DNA from: the human T2T-CHM13v2.0 reference genome, Homo sapiens
DNA length: 64,000 nucleotides
Assembly (NCBI RefSeq): GCF_009914755.1
Contig: NC_060940.1
Reading direction: 5' to 3' (one strand)
Every line of letters begins with the position of its first letter. The first letter of the stretch is position 1. The notes beneath the pieces are model-generated. The model was not told the DNA's origin. It saw only the letters and a list, made by a program, of their open reading frames with translations, and ran no database searches. Shown piece by piece: positions 62,246-64,000 of the stretch. The position numbers were made by a program, and so were the translations under genes.

Positions 62246-63759
62246 AGTAGGAAGGTTGTAATTCAATAAAACTAAGTGAAATCTTGCCATTCATATTTGG
62301 GGTAAAAAACAAGTTTTGATCCTTGTTTCTTGATAACCAAACATAGAATCATTTTTAATGCAAAGAACACAGAATTTGCAATTGACAATATACATATAGT
62401 GGTCTCAACTCTTTCTCTTTTACTTCTTTGACTTTGAAGAAACCTTTAAACCTTTCTGGACTTCAGTGTCCTCAAGATTTTTTTTTAAAAAAAGATTAAT
62501 ATTACCTCTTTCAACTAACTGCTATAGAGAGGTTAAGAATAGCATACAAAATAAGTGAAAAAGTCTTGTAAACTATAAAATGCTAGTCATATATACAGAA
62601 TCAGATATAGTGTACGTTTAAATTACGCCTCATTGAACTTTTCTCTGGTCATAAGAAAGTTCTTCAGATGTTGAAATACCATAATTTACTGTTCAAAAAT
62701 CTCATCATTGCAAGTGACAGTAGATGAAAGTGAAAACAAACACTTTGAAAACCCCTTGTCGTCACCCACCCTTCTTATCAGAGGTAGTTTTTTAATAGTA
62801 GAGTCTCAGACACAAATGTATATCACGTCCTTTTTTTTTTTTTTTAAGAGCTGTAAAGTAAAAGCTGTATTTTATTGGATTAATTGAAAAAACTAGTCCA
62901 TCCAACTTTTTCTCTTTTGATGTCAAATGTACTCAGGTACGTTGTAAATAATTCAGGTGTTATTTGTAAACAAGATTGCTCTCAGATGAACAGGATGGAA
63001 ATTACTGAGAGACAGGATATGGGTGAGTTGTGTGTTGTGAAAGAGCCATGCAGAAATGAACTCGGGGTTAACAGAAGATATATCTAATATGTAATACCTT
63101 CCTATGCACGGTGCCAAATCATTAGTTTATGGCAACCTTTCCTCTGCTTTTAGTGTGTGTTAACTTTTGCAGTGAGCAGATGCAGCCACGCACATTCTGT
63201 TCGGCAGAAGGCAGATGCCAGTCCCTGAAATGGGCGCCCAGTTCCAAGGGCAACATCTGGATCCCTGGGCTTGGCTCTGTTCCTGTCTGTGCTTGTGGCT
63301 ATACAATGCCCCCTGGAGACATTTTATGATTAGTCTGCGACAGAGTTGGCATGAGTGTCTTGTCTCCCTGGCAACCATTTTCCCTTTGATTCTTATACAT
63401 CTGCTCAGCAATATACTGTATTTGGGAAACTGCTCCCTACCTTATTTCCAATCACAAAGCCAATGACAGAGGACTTTTGCTGAATGGGATATCATTTTCC
63501 CCGGCGTCTGAAGCTATTGTTTTCCAGTGTGCTCATAACTGCATCAAACTGCAGAGTACATCTTCTCTGCAAGGCCACTAAGTTTAGGACAAGCATTAGA
63601 TTCTAATGAATACTCAGAGGCACCTCTTGAATAAGTGAGGAGTTTTCAGAAGCTAAGTGGGAGCTAAGTGGTTAGAGCAGCCTGGCCAGCCTTGTTTCTT
63701 GGCTAAGAAGAACCTGGTTGGATGAATCTGTATTTTTCACTTAAAACAAATTATTAATA

Positions 63760-63975
63760 CAATTTTTGATTGACAAAGCATAATTGTATATGTTTCTGGG
63801 GTATGATGTGATGTTTTGATATATGTATACAATGTAGCATGATTAAATCAAGCTAATTTACCTGTCTATCACCTTGCTTACCTATCATTTTTTAAGTTGA
63901 GACATTTAAAACTTATTCTCTTTGTTGTTTTGAGATATATAATACATTATTGTTGACTGTATTCCTCACTGTCTC
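63760..63975 (-). mobile_element. L1MA-like 3' end
   Basis: 'taattgtatatgtttctggggtatgatgtgatgttttgatatatgtatacaatgtagcatgattaaatcaagctaatt'. Confidence 0.8.
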
Positions 63976-64000
63976 TCTCTTGCTCTTTTTTATTGTCAGA

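Overview
Primate, most likely human or hominoid, repeat-rich non-genic DNA. Positions 1-56,700 are AT-rich and made up of Alu, L1, L2, MIR, MaLR/ERV solo LTRs, DNA-transposon fossils and microsatellites. I can support no intact protein-coding gene, and most ORF-track entries are Alu- or repeat-derived. The outstanding element is one ~3.9-kb L1-type retro-insertion at 56773-60687, bounded by a 14-bp target-site duplication (12/14 identical) and ending in ATTAAA plus poly(A). It is a copy of a chimeric spliced RNA: the SPTLC1 5'UTR and first three exons are joined at the classic Alu-exonization acceptor to an antisense AluS. That Alu is split by an SVA2 VNTR element and followed by an entire antisense UPF0607 (POM121/NPAP1-related) gene with ~1.4 kb of its own upstream region. 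A whole gene plus its probable promoter therefore appears to have been mobilised as antisense cargo of a host mRNA. Smaller structural findings include an inverted duplication inside the UPF0607 coding region, a ~68-nt hairpin with four GGATCC sites, a direct-inverted-direct micro-triplication, a 100-bp tandem duplication, two sites hit repeatedly by Alu-family insertions, a four-level LTR/Alu nest and an LTR12 with eight CCAAT boxes. Gene and repeat-subfamily names come from recalled sequences, not from searches. Boundaries of old repeats are approximate.
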